Shown piece after piece: positions 1-8,699 of a stretch of DNA of 24,000 bases. The notes beneath the pieces are model-generated. The model saw nothing but the letters and a program-made list of their open reading frames with translations. It did not search any database and was not told the origin of the DNA. The position numbers and the translations under genes were made by a program. The DNA is from Salinispirillum sp. LH 10-3-1 (GTDB taxonomy: Bacteria > Pseudomonadota > Gammaproteobacteria > Pseudomonadales > Natronospirillaceae): assembly GCF_030643825.1 (NCBI RefSeq), contig NZ_CP101717.1:2415673-2439672 (forward strand), written 5' to 3'. Numbering within the stretch: the first letter of the stretch is position 1; every line of letters starts with the position of its first letter.

Positions 1-1
1 C

Positions 2-1237
2 TTGCTGCGCGAGCACAATGATCGCTTGGCCGCCATAGAGGTGCTGGATACCGGTAAACCTTGGCAAGAAGCCAGCGTGGTCGATGTAATGACGGGCGCG
101 GACGCGATCGAGTTCTTTGCCGGTGAAGCACCGGGAATGGAAGGCAACAGCCAGCCCATCGGCAACGACTTCTACTACACGCGGCGCGAGCCCTTGGGTA
201 TTTGCGCGGGCATCGGTGCATGGAACTACCCGTTACAAATCGCTTGCTGGAAAGCCGCACCGGCGCTCGCGGCGGGCAACAGCATGATCTTCAAGCCTTC
301 GGAAGAAACGCCACGCGGTGCCCTTGAGCTGGCCATGATCTTCCAACAAGCAGGCTTGCCCGACGGTGTGTTCAACGTGGTACAGGGTGACTACCGAGTG
401 GGCCAGATGCTGACCGCCGCGCCAGAAATCGCCAAGGTGTCTTTCACCGGTGAAGCCGGTACGGGTCGCACGGTGATGGGAGACGCGGCGAAAACACTGA
501 AGTCGGTAACGATGGAGCTGGGCGGCAAGTCACCGCTGATCATCTTTGACGACGCAGACTTGGAAAACGCCGTGTCGGGCGCCATGCTCGGTAACTTCTA
601 CACCCAGGGCGAAATCTGTACCAATGGTACGCGGGTATTTGTGCAACGCGGCATTTACGACGCGTTCTTGCAGCGCTTGTTAGAACGCACCCGAAACAAT
701 GTGGTGGCGGGCGACCCCATGCACCCCGACACCAACTTCGGCGCACTGATTTCAGCCGGGCATCTAGAAAAGGTGTTGGGCTTTATTGAACAAGGTAAAG
801 CGGAAGGTGCTACCTGCGCCATCGGTGGTGAACGCTTAACTGCGGGTGCATTGGCCGACGGGTATTTTGTAGCTCCCACGGTGTTCACCGACTGCACCGA
901 CGACATGACCATTGTGCAGGAAGAGATTTTTGGCCCGGTGATGACGGTACTGGTATTTGACGACGAGAACGAAGTCATCGAGCGCGCCAACGACACCGAA
1001 TACGGCTTGGCCGCCGGGGTGTTCACGCGTGACATTCAACGCGCCCACCGGGTTATTCATCAGCTGGAAGCCGGAATTTGTTGGATCAACGCTTACGGCA
1101 ATTCACCCGCCGAAATGCCGGTTGGCGGCTACAAGCTGTCTGGTTTGGGCCGCGAGAACGGCCGTGAAACCCTGACCCATTACACCCAGATCAAGTCCAT
1201 TTATGTGGGCTTGGGCGATATCGACGCGCCCTTTTAA
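2..1237 (+). CDS. betB: Betaine aldehyde dehydrogenase, 5'-truncated by the window edge
   Basis: ALDH-family motifs [16 protein letters not shown] and [11 protein letters not shown] (catalytic Glu and Cys). The C-terminal GICWINAYG...[13 protein letters not shown] closely resembles E. coli BetB. It sits directly upstream of betA. Confidence 0.92.
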   Translation: MLREHNDRLAAIEVLDTGKPWQEASVVDVMTGADAIEFFAGEAPGMEGNSQPIGNDFYYTRREPLGICAGIGAWNYPLQIACWKAAPALAAGNSMIFKPSEETPRGALELAMIFQQAGLPDGVFNVVQGDYRVGQMLTAAPEIAKVSFTGEAGTGRTVMGDAAKTLKSVTMELGGKSPLIIFDDADLENAVSGAMLGNFYTQGEICTNGTRVFVQRGIYDAFLQRLLERTRNNVVAGDPMHPDTNFGALISAGHLEKVLGFIEQGKAEGATCAIGGERLTAGALADGYFVAPTVFTDCTDDMTIVQEEIFGPVMTVLVFDDENEVIERANDTEYGLAAGVFTRDIQRAHRVIHQLEAGICWINAYGNSPAEMPVGGYKLSGLGRENGRETLTHYTQIKSIYVGLGDIDAPF

Positions 1238-1264
1238 ACCCACCGGAAGACGACAGATTACCCC

Positions 1265-2932
1265 ATGACATTTGATCAAACTCACGACTACATCATCGTT
1301 GGCACCGGCTCTGCGGGTTGCGTGCTGGCTAACCGCCTATCGGAAGACGCCGACGCACGCGTGCTGGTATTAGAAGCAGGACGCAAAGACGATACGTGGA
1401 AAATCCACATGCCTGCCGCCCTGATGTACAACCTCAAGGGCGACCGCTACAACTGGTACTACCACACCGAACCGCAAGAACACATGAACAACCGCAAGCT
1501 GTATTGGCCGCGCGGCAAGGTGTGGGGCGGTGGTTCATCCTTGAACGCCATGGTGTACATTCGCGGCCACGCGTACGACTACGACCGATGGGCCGAGGAA
1601 GGCGCGGACGGTTGGCGTTATGCCGATATCCTGCCGTACTTTCGCAAAGCCGAAACCCGCGAACAGGGTGCGGACGACTATCGCGGTGGTGAAGGCCCGT
1701 TGAACGTGCACACGGGCGACGAGCCCAACCCGCTGTTTGATGCGTTCTTACAGGCGACTCAGCAAGCGGGCTACCCGGCGACCGAGGACATGAACGGTTT
1801 CCAGCAGGAAGGCTTCGGCAAGATGGACATGACCATCAAACAAGGCAAGCGTTGGAACACCGCGCAAGCCTATTTGCGTCCGGTATTGGCACGCCCGAAT
1901 TTGAAGGCGGAAGTCGGTGCCATGGTCACCCGCGTGCTGTTTGAAGGTCAGCGTGCAGTGGGTGTGGAATACCAGCAGAACGGCAAAACCGTGCGCGTGC
2001 GCGCTGAACGCGAAGTAATTCTGTCGGGTGGTGCGATCAATTCGCCTCAACTGCTGATGCTGTCTGGCATTGGCCCCGCTGAAGACTTAAAAGCGCTGGG
2101 CATCGAGGTCAAACAAGACCTGCCCGGTGTAGGGCAGAACCTGCAAGACCACCTTGAGCTGTACGTGCAACAAGCCTGTACGCAGCCCATCACCCTGTAC
2201 AAATACACCACCCAGCCGGGCATGGCGTTGTCGGGTATGCAGTGGTTCATCAATAACGATTGGGGCGCATGCCGTACCGCGCACTTGGAAGCGGGCGGTT
2301 TCATTCGCTCTGAGCCCGGCGTGCGTCACCCGGACATTCAGTACCACTTTCTGCCGTCGCAGGTGATCGACCACGGGCGCAAAAACCCCGAGCTGCACGC
2401 GTACCAAGCCCACGTGGGGCCAATGCGTCCTACCAGCACGGGCTTTTTGAAGTTGCGTTCGAGCGACCCGACCGAGCATCCATTGATTCAGCCTAACCTG
2501 CTGAGCACCGAGCGTGACCGCTGGGAAATGCGCCAGTCGGTGAAGCTCACGCGCGAGATCTTTGCTCAAGACGCGTTCAAACCTTTTCGGGGCGAGGAAT
2601 ACCTGCCCGGTAAAGATGTGCAGACCGACCAAGAAATTGATGCCTTCGTGCGTGCACACGCCGACAGTGCTTACCACCCTTCGTGTACCTGCAAAATGGG
2701 CGCAGCCAGTGACCCTATGGCGGTGGTGGATGCCGAAGCGCGGGTGTTTGGTATTGAAGGCTTACGCGTCGTCGACGCCAGTATTATGCCCAGCATTGTG
2801 AGCGGCAACTTAAATGCCCCCACCATTATGCTGGCCGAAAAATGCGCGGACCACATTCGTGGCCGTACGCCTTTGGCGCCATCTAATGCACCCGTTTGGG
2901 AACACCCGGAGTACCAGACGGCGCAGCGATAA
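1265..2932 (+). CDS. betA: Choline dehydrogenase (GMC oxidoreductase)
   Basis: N-terminal FAD fold DYIIVGTGSAGCVLANRLSED. Colinear with E. coli BetA along its length (RYNWxYxTEP, GGSSxxN, LPGVGxNLQDHLE, HPxxTCKMG, LRVVDASIMP). A GGAAGA ribosome-binding site lies upstream, 27 nt after the betB stop. Confidence 0.95.
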   Translation: MTFDQTHDYIIVGTGSAGCVLANRLSEDADARVLVLEAGRKDDTWKIHMPAALMYNLKGDRYNWYYHTEPQEHMNNRKLYWPRGKVWGGGSSLNAMVYIRGHAYDYDRWAEEGADGWRYADILPYFRKAETREQGADDYRGGEGPLNVHTGDEPNPLFDAFLQATQQAGYPATEDMNGFQQEGFGKMDMTIKQGKRWNTAQAYLRPVLARPNLKAEVGAMVTRVLFEGQRAVGVEYQQNGKTVRVRAEREVILSGGAINSPQLLMLSGIGPAEDLKALGIEVKQDLPGVGQNLQDHLELYVQQACTQPITLYKYTTQPGMALSGMQWFINNDWGACRTAHLEAGGFIRSEPGVRHPDIQYHFLPSQVIDHGRKNPELHAYQAHVGPMRPTSTGFLKLRSSDPTEHPLIQPNLLSTERDRWEMRQSVKLTREIFAQDAFKPFRGEEYLPGKDVQTDQEIDAFVRAHADSAYHPSCTCKMGAASDPMAVVDAEARVFGIEGLRVVDASIMPSIVSGNLNAPTIMLAEKCADHIRGRTPLAPSNAPVWEHPEYQTAQR

Positions 2933-3002
2933 ATCGTGGAAACCGCTTGAACGGAGCAGCGCTCGCCCCCATGATTACAGGCACCCTCTTTAAGTAGTTG
3001 CT

Positions 3003-3956
3003 GTGTCTATGTCGGAAAACGGTCTGCGACAAAAATTCTCGCGCCTGCTCATCTTACTTCGTATTTGGCGTTTTTCCGGTCGAGTAATCCGAGCATTTAT
3101 GCGCAACCGTGGCATTCTGTTGGCGGGTGGTGTGGGCTATAACGTGCTGCTGTCCACCATTCCGCTATTCGCGTTGCTTGTGGTTCTGCTGACGCACATT
3201 GTTGACGAGCAAGACCTGCTGAACATCATGGCCATTCAGGTGCAGCATCTAGCACCGGGTTATGCCACGCTCTTGTTGGATACGGTGCAGGCCTTATTGG
3301 ATTCGCGCGATACCATCGGGGTGCTGGGCATTGTGGTGCTGCTGTTCTTCAGCTCCTTTGCCTTTCGTATGCTCGACGATTCCATGGCGATCATCTTCCA
3401 CCGGCCCGACGTGCTAGCCAGACGCAGCACCTGGGTATCGGTCGCGCTGCCGTATGCCTTTATGTTGGTGGTGGGTGCAGGCCTGCTGGCCTTGACCATG
3501 TTGTTCACCCTGCTCAGCAGCTTCACCGATTATCTGTCGGACATGTTTGACGTCAACCTGCCGCTATCGACCGCACCAGTCTACTTGCTGAATTTTGCCA
3601 GTTTCGTCGGTATGGCTACCCTGTTTACTGGCATCTATAAGGTGTTGCCGGTGGTGCAGGTCGCTTGGCGGCGGGCGCTGGTGGGTGGCTTTGTGGCTGC
3701 CTTGCTATGGGAAGGCGCGCGTTTCTTCCTGTTGTACTACTTCGCCAACATCTCTTATGTAAACGTCATCTATGGTTCGGTCACTACGGTCATCGTTGTC
3801 TTGATCAGTCTAGAAATAGCGGCGGTTATTCTGCTGTTGGGCGCGCAGGTGATTGCGGAGCTGGAGCGCAGTGCACGACATGCTGTACCGTGGCACAAAG
3901 ACCCACGCCACGCCGAACAACGCCGGATGGATGACCGCCGGGCGAAACGACACTGA
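3003..3956 (+). CDS. YihY/BrkB (virulence factor BrkB / former RNase BN) family inner-membrane protein
   Basis: Family-typical N-terminus (RAFMRNRGILLAGGVGYNVLLSTIPLFALL) and about 6 predicted TM helices. The start is GTG at 3003 or ATG at 3009. Confidence 0.78.
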   Translation: MSMSENGLRQKFSRLLILLRIWRFSGRVIRAFMRNRGILLAGGVGYNVLLSTIPLFALLVVLLTHIVDEQDLLNIMAIQVQHLAPGYATLLLDTVQALLDSRDTIGVLGIVVLLFFSSFAFRMLDDSMAIIFHRPDVLARRSTWVSVALPYAFMLVVGAGLLALTMLFTLLSSFTDYLSDMFDVNLPLSTAPVYLLNFASFVGMATLFTGIYKVLPVVQVAWRRALVGGFVAALLWEGARFFLLYYFANISYVNVIYGSVTTVIVVLISLEIAAVILLLGAQVIAELERSARHAVPWHKDPRHAEQRRMDDRRAKRH

Positions 3957-3972
3957 GCACCGAGGAGCAGCG

Positions 3973-4584
3973 ATGAAACTGGTTGTGCGCATTTTAATCG
4001 CGTTGGTGCTGTTTGTCGTTGTTTTCACCGGCCTGTACTTGAACCGTGGTGAAGGCTTGTTGGGGCAGTGGCTACAGCCTGAAAGCCGCGCCTTGCTGCT
4101 GGTACTGACGTCGTCCTTGTATGCATTGGTGTTGGCGGTGCCCTTTGTACCGGGCGTCGAATTGGGCTGGATGATCATGGGGCTGTTTGGTCGTATCGGC
4201 ATCGTGGCTGCGTGGCTAAGCACAGTACTGGGGCTCAGCATCAGTTATTGGGTCGCACGACGGCTGTCCGACCACCCCCAACTGCAACGTTTGCATGATG
4301 CGCGCGACAGTTTGATGGCAACGCCTAAAGAAGATTTATCGATGAGCCAGCGCTTCTTAGCCGCCGGTGTCTGCCTGTACGAAAAGCACCCGTACCTGTT
4401 TATCTTTGTGACCCTGAACCTGCCCGGCAATTGGCTGATTGGCGGTGGCGGCGGTATTGCCGCGACGGCCGGCATCATGCCCAAGGTGGGCTACCTGCGT
4501 TTTGTGCTGACCTGTGCGGTCGCCACCGGCATTGTGCCTGTGCTGTTGTGGCTGGGCTTGGCCAATATTCCAGTCAATCAATAA
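3973..4584 (+). CDS. Small polytopic membrane protein, TVP38/TMEM64 (DedA-like) resemblance
   Basis: ATG at 3973 is preceded by GAGGAG at 3962-3967. The track ORF start at 3853 would overlap the yihY-like CDS by about 100 nt. Hydrophobic helices and a VPFVPGVELGWMIMGLFG...YWVARRL pattern resemble TVP38/DedA. The product call is tentative. Confidence 0.55.
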   Translation: MKLVVRILIALVLFVVVFTGLYLNRGEGLLGQWLQPESRALLLVLTSSLYALVLAVPFVPGVELGWMIMGLFGRIGIVAAWLSTVLGLSISYWVARRLSDHPQLQRLHDARDSLMATPKEDLSMSQRFLAAGVCLYEKHPYLFIFVTLNLPGNWLIGGGGGIAATAGIMPKVGYLRFVLTCAVATGIVPVLLWLGLANIPVNQ

Positions 4585-5479
4585 ACCGCGCCTTCACCTT
4601 TTCGTTGATTTCCGCCACCGGCACAATAATCCCCAGTTCAAGAGCGTTCCCAAAATCAGCATCAAAGACCGTTTCGCCACACCAAATGCCGGTCGACAAC
4701 GACATGTAGGACTGCAAGACCGGTGGGATGCTCATGTCGTAAGGTATCAATGAATCGCGCAGTTGGCGAATACGCTCGTCGGCAGAGTCGTTAGCTGACA
4801 GCGCCGGAGCGGCTTGCTTGGGTTCATAGCGGCAGGTATCGCGCGCTACCAGGTAGGGTTCTGGCGGGGCATAGTGCGCCTGCATGGTGCTGACCAACAA
4901 GTCTCGGCCGGTGTTGTTCAGGGTTTGGTACAGCGACACATTGCCAAAGAAATACTGCACCTCAGGATGTTTACGTAACAAAGCACCCAAACCTACCCAA
5001 GTGGCGAAGAAGCCCAACGCGCCTTTTTTGGCGGCCCGGTTAACCACCGAGCGGCCCAATTCAATGGCATAGGGCAGGATGTTGCGCTGGAACGAAGCCG
5101 AATAGTCAAACAGTCCATAGGTACGCAGGCACTCGGGGCCAAAGACGGCAGCCTTGGCACCTTGCTGATAGCGGTACATGGCGACCATTTCTTGGTGTTC
5201 GGGGTCCCACGCCACCAACTGCGAGTAGCACTGTTCGCCATAGTCACGATGATCGAGGTCCAGCTCCTCGCCTCTCCCGGCACCGACGGCCCGGAAACCG
5301 GCTTCACGCAGTCGCCCTATTTCCTGCATAGCGGCTGGGCATTCGTCGCCGGTAAAACTGTAGATATTCAGGCCACGAAACTGTGCCAACGGTACCAATG
5401 CGGCGAGTTCTTGCGCAACGCTGTTGGCGGTAACATGTTGGCCCGCCTGAGCAGACGTAAGTTGATGAGCAATTGTCAT
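4574..5479 (-). CDS. GNAT-superfamily N-acyltransferase of the OlsB/GlsB/N-acyl amino acid synthase type (Acetyltransf_5-like)
   Basis: About 300 aa. The pattern EIGRLREAGFR...DLDHRDY...QLVAWDPEHQEMVAMYRYQ and the C-terminal IPPVLQSYMSL...DADFGNALELGIIVP match lyso-aminolipid synthases. Its start overlaps the stop of the upstream acyltransferase gene (ATGA). Confidence 0.72.
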   Translation of the reverse strand: MTIAHQLTSAQAGQHVTANSVAQELAALVPLAQFRGLNIYSFTGDECPAAMQEIGRLREAGFRAVGAGRGEELDLDHRDYGEQCYSQLVAWDPEHQEMVAMYRYQQGAKAAVFGPECLRTYGLFDYSASFQRNILPYAIELGRSVVNRAAKKGALGFFATWVGLGALLRKHPEVQYFFGNVSLYQTLNNTGRDLLVSTMQAHYAPPEPYLVARDTCRYEPKQAAPALSANDSADERIRQLRDSLIPYDMSIPPVLQSYMSLSTGIWCGETVFDADFGNALELGIIVPVAEINEKVKARFID

Positions 5480-7128
5480 GAAGAAGTCTCCTTCAATACA
5501 AGGGAAGACATAGCCTGCGCGAGCGCCGGATGCGGACGCGTCAGCCGGTCATAGTGCGCACGGACAACCGCCATGCGCTGTTGATCGTTCGGCGCGAGCT
5601 GTTCGAGTTCCTCGGCACGGATGGTTTCCCCCACGCACACACCGAAGGTGCGAGTGGCGGGTTTCAACAGCTCGCGCGGCAACAAGGCCATTTCAAGGTT
5701 CAAGGCCACATTGAAGCGCTGGCGCAGCGCCGCGACGCCATGAAACCACCGTGAATTCGTGCCTTCCAAGTGAATGGGCACCAGTAAGCGACCAAAGCGT
5801 CGAGCCAGAGTCACAGGCATGCTGTGCCATTCAAAGTCGGTCAACTTGCCCTGTTGTTTGCGAGCGGTGCGCCCGGCCGGGAACACTAAAATAGCGGCGT
5901 CGGTGGCAAAGGCGGCGTGCAGATTACGCACTGACTGGCGCGACGACCGATAACGATCCACCGGCACGACCAAGGACTTCATCGGTGGAATCAAGGTCAG
6001 CAAATCCGTCACCACGACCTTCACTTCCGGGTAGTAACTTTGCAGCCACGCCAGCAGAATAAGGCCGTCCAAGCCACCGGTCGGGTGATTCGCCACAAAT
6101 ACCGGCCGTGCAGCGACTGCAGGTAGCGCTGTACCATTAAGCACCTGTGCGCTAACGCCCAGGCGCTGCAACACCTGCGCCGGGAAACGGCGCGTATTGG
6201 TGTCCGACAAGGCCATCAAGGCCTGGTTGAATTGGCGCACTTGCGTTACCTTCCACAAAAGCCGCAACAACAGCCGCATCGGTGAGCCACGCAATCGTTG
6301 CCAGAGTGCCGGGTTTTTGTCCTGCAACAACCGTTCAACGTCTACCGGCGGTGCAGCGGGTGGTACAACAGGCTCACTGTGCGGCAGGGGCTGCCAGTGG
6401 GTTTCTAACGTCTGCATGCTCGTCGGTTCGGCACCCGATACGGGCGTGCCCGGCCAATATTCCATGCGTGTTGAACCCGGTTGCACCTGAATGCGCGTCA
6501 GGCTCACTGTGGAGCGGTCGCGCCGGCTCATAGCCACCGATGCCCACGGCATACACCGATGGCGCACGCAATGCGCCTGCAGTTGGTGTTCGGGCGTCCA
6601 GGTTCGCCAACCTTGGGGTTCGGTTGCCCAACGTGAGAAAAAATACCGCCGCAGCAGGGGAATCCACTGCGGCAGTAAGGAGGAAGTACTGAACGGCGAG
6701 CTGGGTGCTACCGTCTCTGACCACGCCTGCGTCGACCAACGCCAGCACAGCGGCTCTTGGGTTTGCCAAAAAACAAAGACCACGCAGGGTGCGAAGTCCA
6801 TTGGCGCGGTATTCTGCAACAGCGAACGCACCGCCATCGGCGTGGCGCAAGCACTCAGAGCGCGTACCAAGCGGCCACGGCTCTGGGTAGCGGTGCTGGT
6901 CCGGTGTTGTTGTTCAGCAGCATAGTCGTTCAGCAAGCAAATCGTTAGCCCTTGGTCGTTGGTGGCCAGCCAAAAGCCGTCACCTTCGGGGTCACGCGGC
7001 GCCAATATCTTGCGCCCGCCTTCATTGAACACAGACGGCGGCTCGGCTGCGATGCGATTGCGCCGTTCATCCCGGCTGAACACAATGTTCAATGCGCCTT
7101 GGTGATGCTGCCAACTTAGGGTGCACAT
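5476..7128 (-). CDS. Fusion protein: N-terminal NRDE/TANGO2-like domain (aa 1 to about 230) plus C-terminal PlsC-family lysophospholipid acyltransferase (aa about 262-550)
   Basis: The N-terminus MCTLSW...IVFSRDERRNR...ILAPRDPEGDGFWLATNDQGLTICLLNDY...SRGRLV carries the NRDE-family hallmarks (Cys2, RDE motif). The C-terminal half has acyltransferase blocks FVANHPTGGLDG (aa 344-355), FPAGRT (aa 416-421) and VPIHLEG. It is a single uninterrupted 550-codon frame. Confidence 0.75.
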   Translation of the reverse strand: MCTLSWQHHQGALNIVFSRDERRNRIAAEPPSVFNEGGRKILAPRDPEGDGFWLATNDQGLTICLLNDYAAEQQHRTSTATQSRGRLVRALSACATPMAVRSLLQNTAPMDFAPCVVFVFWQTQEPLCWRWSTQAWSETVAPSSPFSTSSLLPQWIPLLRRYFFSRWATEPQGWRTWTPEHQLQAHCVRHRCMPWASVAMSRRDRSTVSLTRIQVQPGSTRMEYWPGTPVSGAEPTSMQTLETHWQPLPHSEPVVPPAAPPVDVERLLQDKNPALWQRLRGSPMRLLLRLLWKVTQVRQFNQALMALSDTNTRRFPAQVLQRLGVSAQVLNGTALPAVAARPVFVANHPTGGLDGLILLAWLQSYYPEVKVVVTDLLTLIPPMKSLVVPVDRYRSSRQSVRNLHAAFATDAAILVFPAGRTARKQQGKLTDFEWHSMPVTLARRFGRLLVPIHLEGTNSRWFHGVAALRQRFNVALNLEMALLPRELLKPATRTFGVCVGETIRAEELEQLAPNDQQRMAVVRAHYDRLTRPHPALAQAMSSLVLKETSS

Positions 7129-7676
7129 ATTGGCTGCTCCGCGCTCTGCAACGCTTCATGGCGGCGGGTTGAGGGATTAACGCCAAAACCCGGTGGCATG
7201 GCGCCGCCCTGTATCACCACCAGCATCTCCACCAAGGCAAAATGGTGAATGCTGTGTTGGGTGAGAAACACGAGCTCACGAGCCAAGGTAGTGGCAACGG
7301 GTGCATTGCCATCGTCTGTGCAGTAGTCCAGCGTGAGCGTCCGGTCGCCCTGTTGCAGGTGTGGTGCCAACGCTTGCTGGACACGCTGTAACAGCGTCAA
7401 AGCATGCTGTGGGTCGGCTTCTACGAGCGGGTCACGCTGGCGGTGTTCGTAATCGATGTCGGTGCCACCGGATAAGGCGGTGGACAAGGCGAGATAGTGA
7501 TCCAAGATATGCCGCACATGGCGGCCCGGCGTCTGCCCGTGTGGCAGTGGCGCACAACGGCCGCTGTATTCCTTGTGGCTCACTTGCGCCAGCCAGTGCT
7601 CTAAGCGCTGCATGACACCGATGGCTTCGTGCCACAACACGCTCATGTCGGTCCGTGCCCGTTGGTTGCTGTCCAT
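7116..7676 (-). CDS. DinB/DinB_2-like (YfiT-type) four-helix-bundle metalloprotein
   Basis: His-rich motifs GRHVRHILDHY and LTQHSIHHFALVEM are typical of the DinB superfamily. ATG at 7676 shares one nt with the upstream TGA (TGATG), and the 3' end overlaps the next gene by 13 nt. Confidence 0.6.
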   Translation of the reverse strand: MDSNQRARTDMSVLWHEAIGVMQRLEHWLAQVSHKEYSGRCAPLPHGQTPGRHVRHILDHYLALSTALSGGTDIDYEHRQRDPLVEADPQHALTLLQRVQQALAPHLQQGDRTLTLDYCTDDGNAPVATTLARELVFLTQHSIHHFALVEMLVVIQGGAMPPGFGVNPSTRRHEALQSAEQPICAP

Positions 7677-8524
7677 CAATCTTCCCTCGGCATGTTGGCG
7701 ATACTATTGCCTTTGACATCGTTGAGCGCCCAGTCGTAGTCGAGAAAACGTATGCGAATGTTGTCATTGGTTAACGCGGCACGTTGATCCGTCGGTACGC
7801 CCAACTCGTCGGCGTACAACGCAAGAAACGCCCCCAGTGACTCAGCACCACCCCAGCCTGCTTCGAAGTCGCTGCGATACCAACGGAATATGGAGGAGAC
7901 TTCTAAGCTGCCATCGGCCCAGCGGTTACGCGTCTTATCGTTCAGAAACCAGCGCGTGGCACGGTCAAGCTGGTCTTCCAGGTCAGCACCGGTGAAGGCC
8001 TCCGTTAACAGTGCCGGGCAGCCAATACTGGCGCAGTTAACAGCGAAGTGAATGCGCGGCTCGTCATAACCGGCGTAGTCTCTGCTTTCGCCACGAATCA
8101 TATCGTGCTCGACTTCATCCAAGGTGCGCTCGGCACCGAACAAGGGAATAAAGCGTTGTTTCCACGGCGAGCGTAAGAAGCTCCCCAGTTCGCGAATGGA
8201 ATCCAGATCCGGGTAGCGCGTCAGAATCAATTCAACCGTCCACGCGTTATAGACGTTGATTAAGAATGCCAATTGCTCGTCGCCGGACCACTCGTCAAAC
8301 TCCGCTTCCGTGACCGCCGACAGACTACTGAGGTAACGGGTTAACTCGGCGCGGTCGTTAGCAAAACCGGCGTAATCCACGGCTGTGGCGCGGTTTTCAT
8401 TGAAGGGAACCACGTGCTTTTGCAGCAGGGCTGTCCACGGTGAATGATCAAACGCCAAGGCGCTTAGCGGTAAAAAAAGACTCAACACCGCACCTGCGAA
8501 CAGTGCAAAAATTCGACCTTTCAT
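7676..8524 (-). CDS. Exported DUF547 domain protein
   Basis: Signal peptide MKGRIFALFAGAVLSLFLPLSALA. DUF547 hallmarks LAFLINVYNAWTVELIL, LDEVEHDMIRG, PRIHFAVNCASIGCPAL and SSIFRWYRSDF. Confidence 0.8.
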   Translation of the reverse strand: MKGRIFALFAGAVLSLFLPLSALAFDHSPWTALLQKHVVPFNENRATAVDYAGFANDRAELTRYLSSLSAVTEAEFDEWSGDEQLAFLINVYNAWTVELILTRYPDLDSIRELGSFLRSPWKQRFIPLFGAERTLDEVEHDMIRGESRDYAGYDEPRIHFAVNCASIGCPALLTEAFTGADLEDQLDRATRWFLNDKTRNRWADGSLEVSSIFRWYRSDFEAGWGGAESLGAFLALYADELGVPTDQRAALTNDNIRIRFLDYDWALNDVKGNSIANMPRED

Positions 8525-8627
8525 CAGCAGTACATCTCCATCGGCTAGGCTTCAAACTCTCCTTTTGACCAGCGAACCATCAATTAGTTCAAACTCCCAT
8601 TTCACGGGCGAAGCGGCCGGAAATTAC

Positions 8628-8636
8628 TGTTATACT
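8628..8636 (+). promoter_or_regulatory. Candidate extended -10 promoter element (TGtTATACT) for mgtE
   Basis: TGTTATACT lies 64 nt upstream of the mgtE ATG. No good -35 is present. Sequence match only. Confidence 0.3.
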
Positions 8637-8699
8637 TTGTAACCAGAAATACGCGCTAGGCGACAAGCACGTCGCCGTCACACAGCAGGGGAAGAGCTT

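Noticed and set aside
2087-2677. Long antisense or alternate-frame ORFs inside confident genes: 2087-2677, 6374-6850, 9473-10006, 13581-14054, 22652-23236, 19646-20215.
   Set aside because: These are typical shadow ORFs of GC-rich coding DNA. Their translations are Arg/Pro/Ala-rich and low in complexity, carry no recognisable motifs, and fully overlap well-supported CDSs.
3853-3972. The upstream extension of track ORF 3853-4584.
   Set aside because: It overlaps the 3' end of the YihY-like CDS in another frame. The ATG at 3973 has a GAGGAG ribosome-binding site and begins directly with the first TM helix.
8525-8699. A possible Mg2+ riboswitch (M-box) in the mgtE leader. It contains a small hairpin GGCGAC-N6-GTCGCC at 8659-8676.
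   Set aside because: The whole divergent intergenic region is only 175 bp. The likely leader is about 60 nt, far shorter than an M-box aptamer, and I recognise none of its conserved cores.
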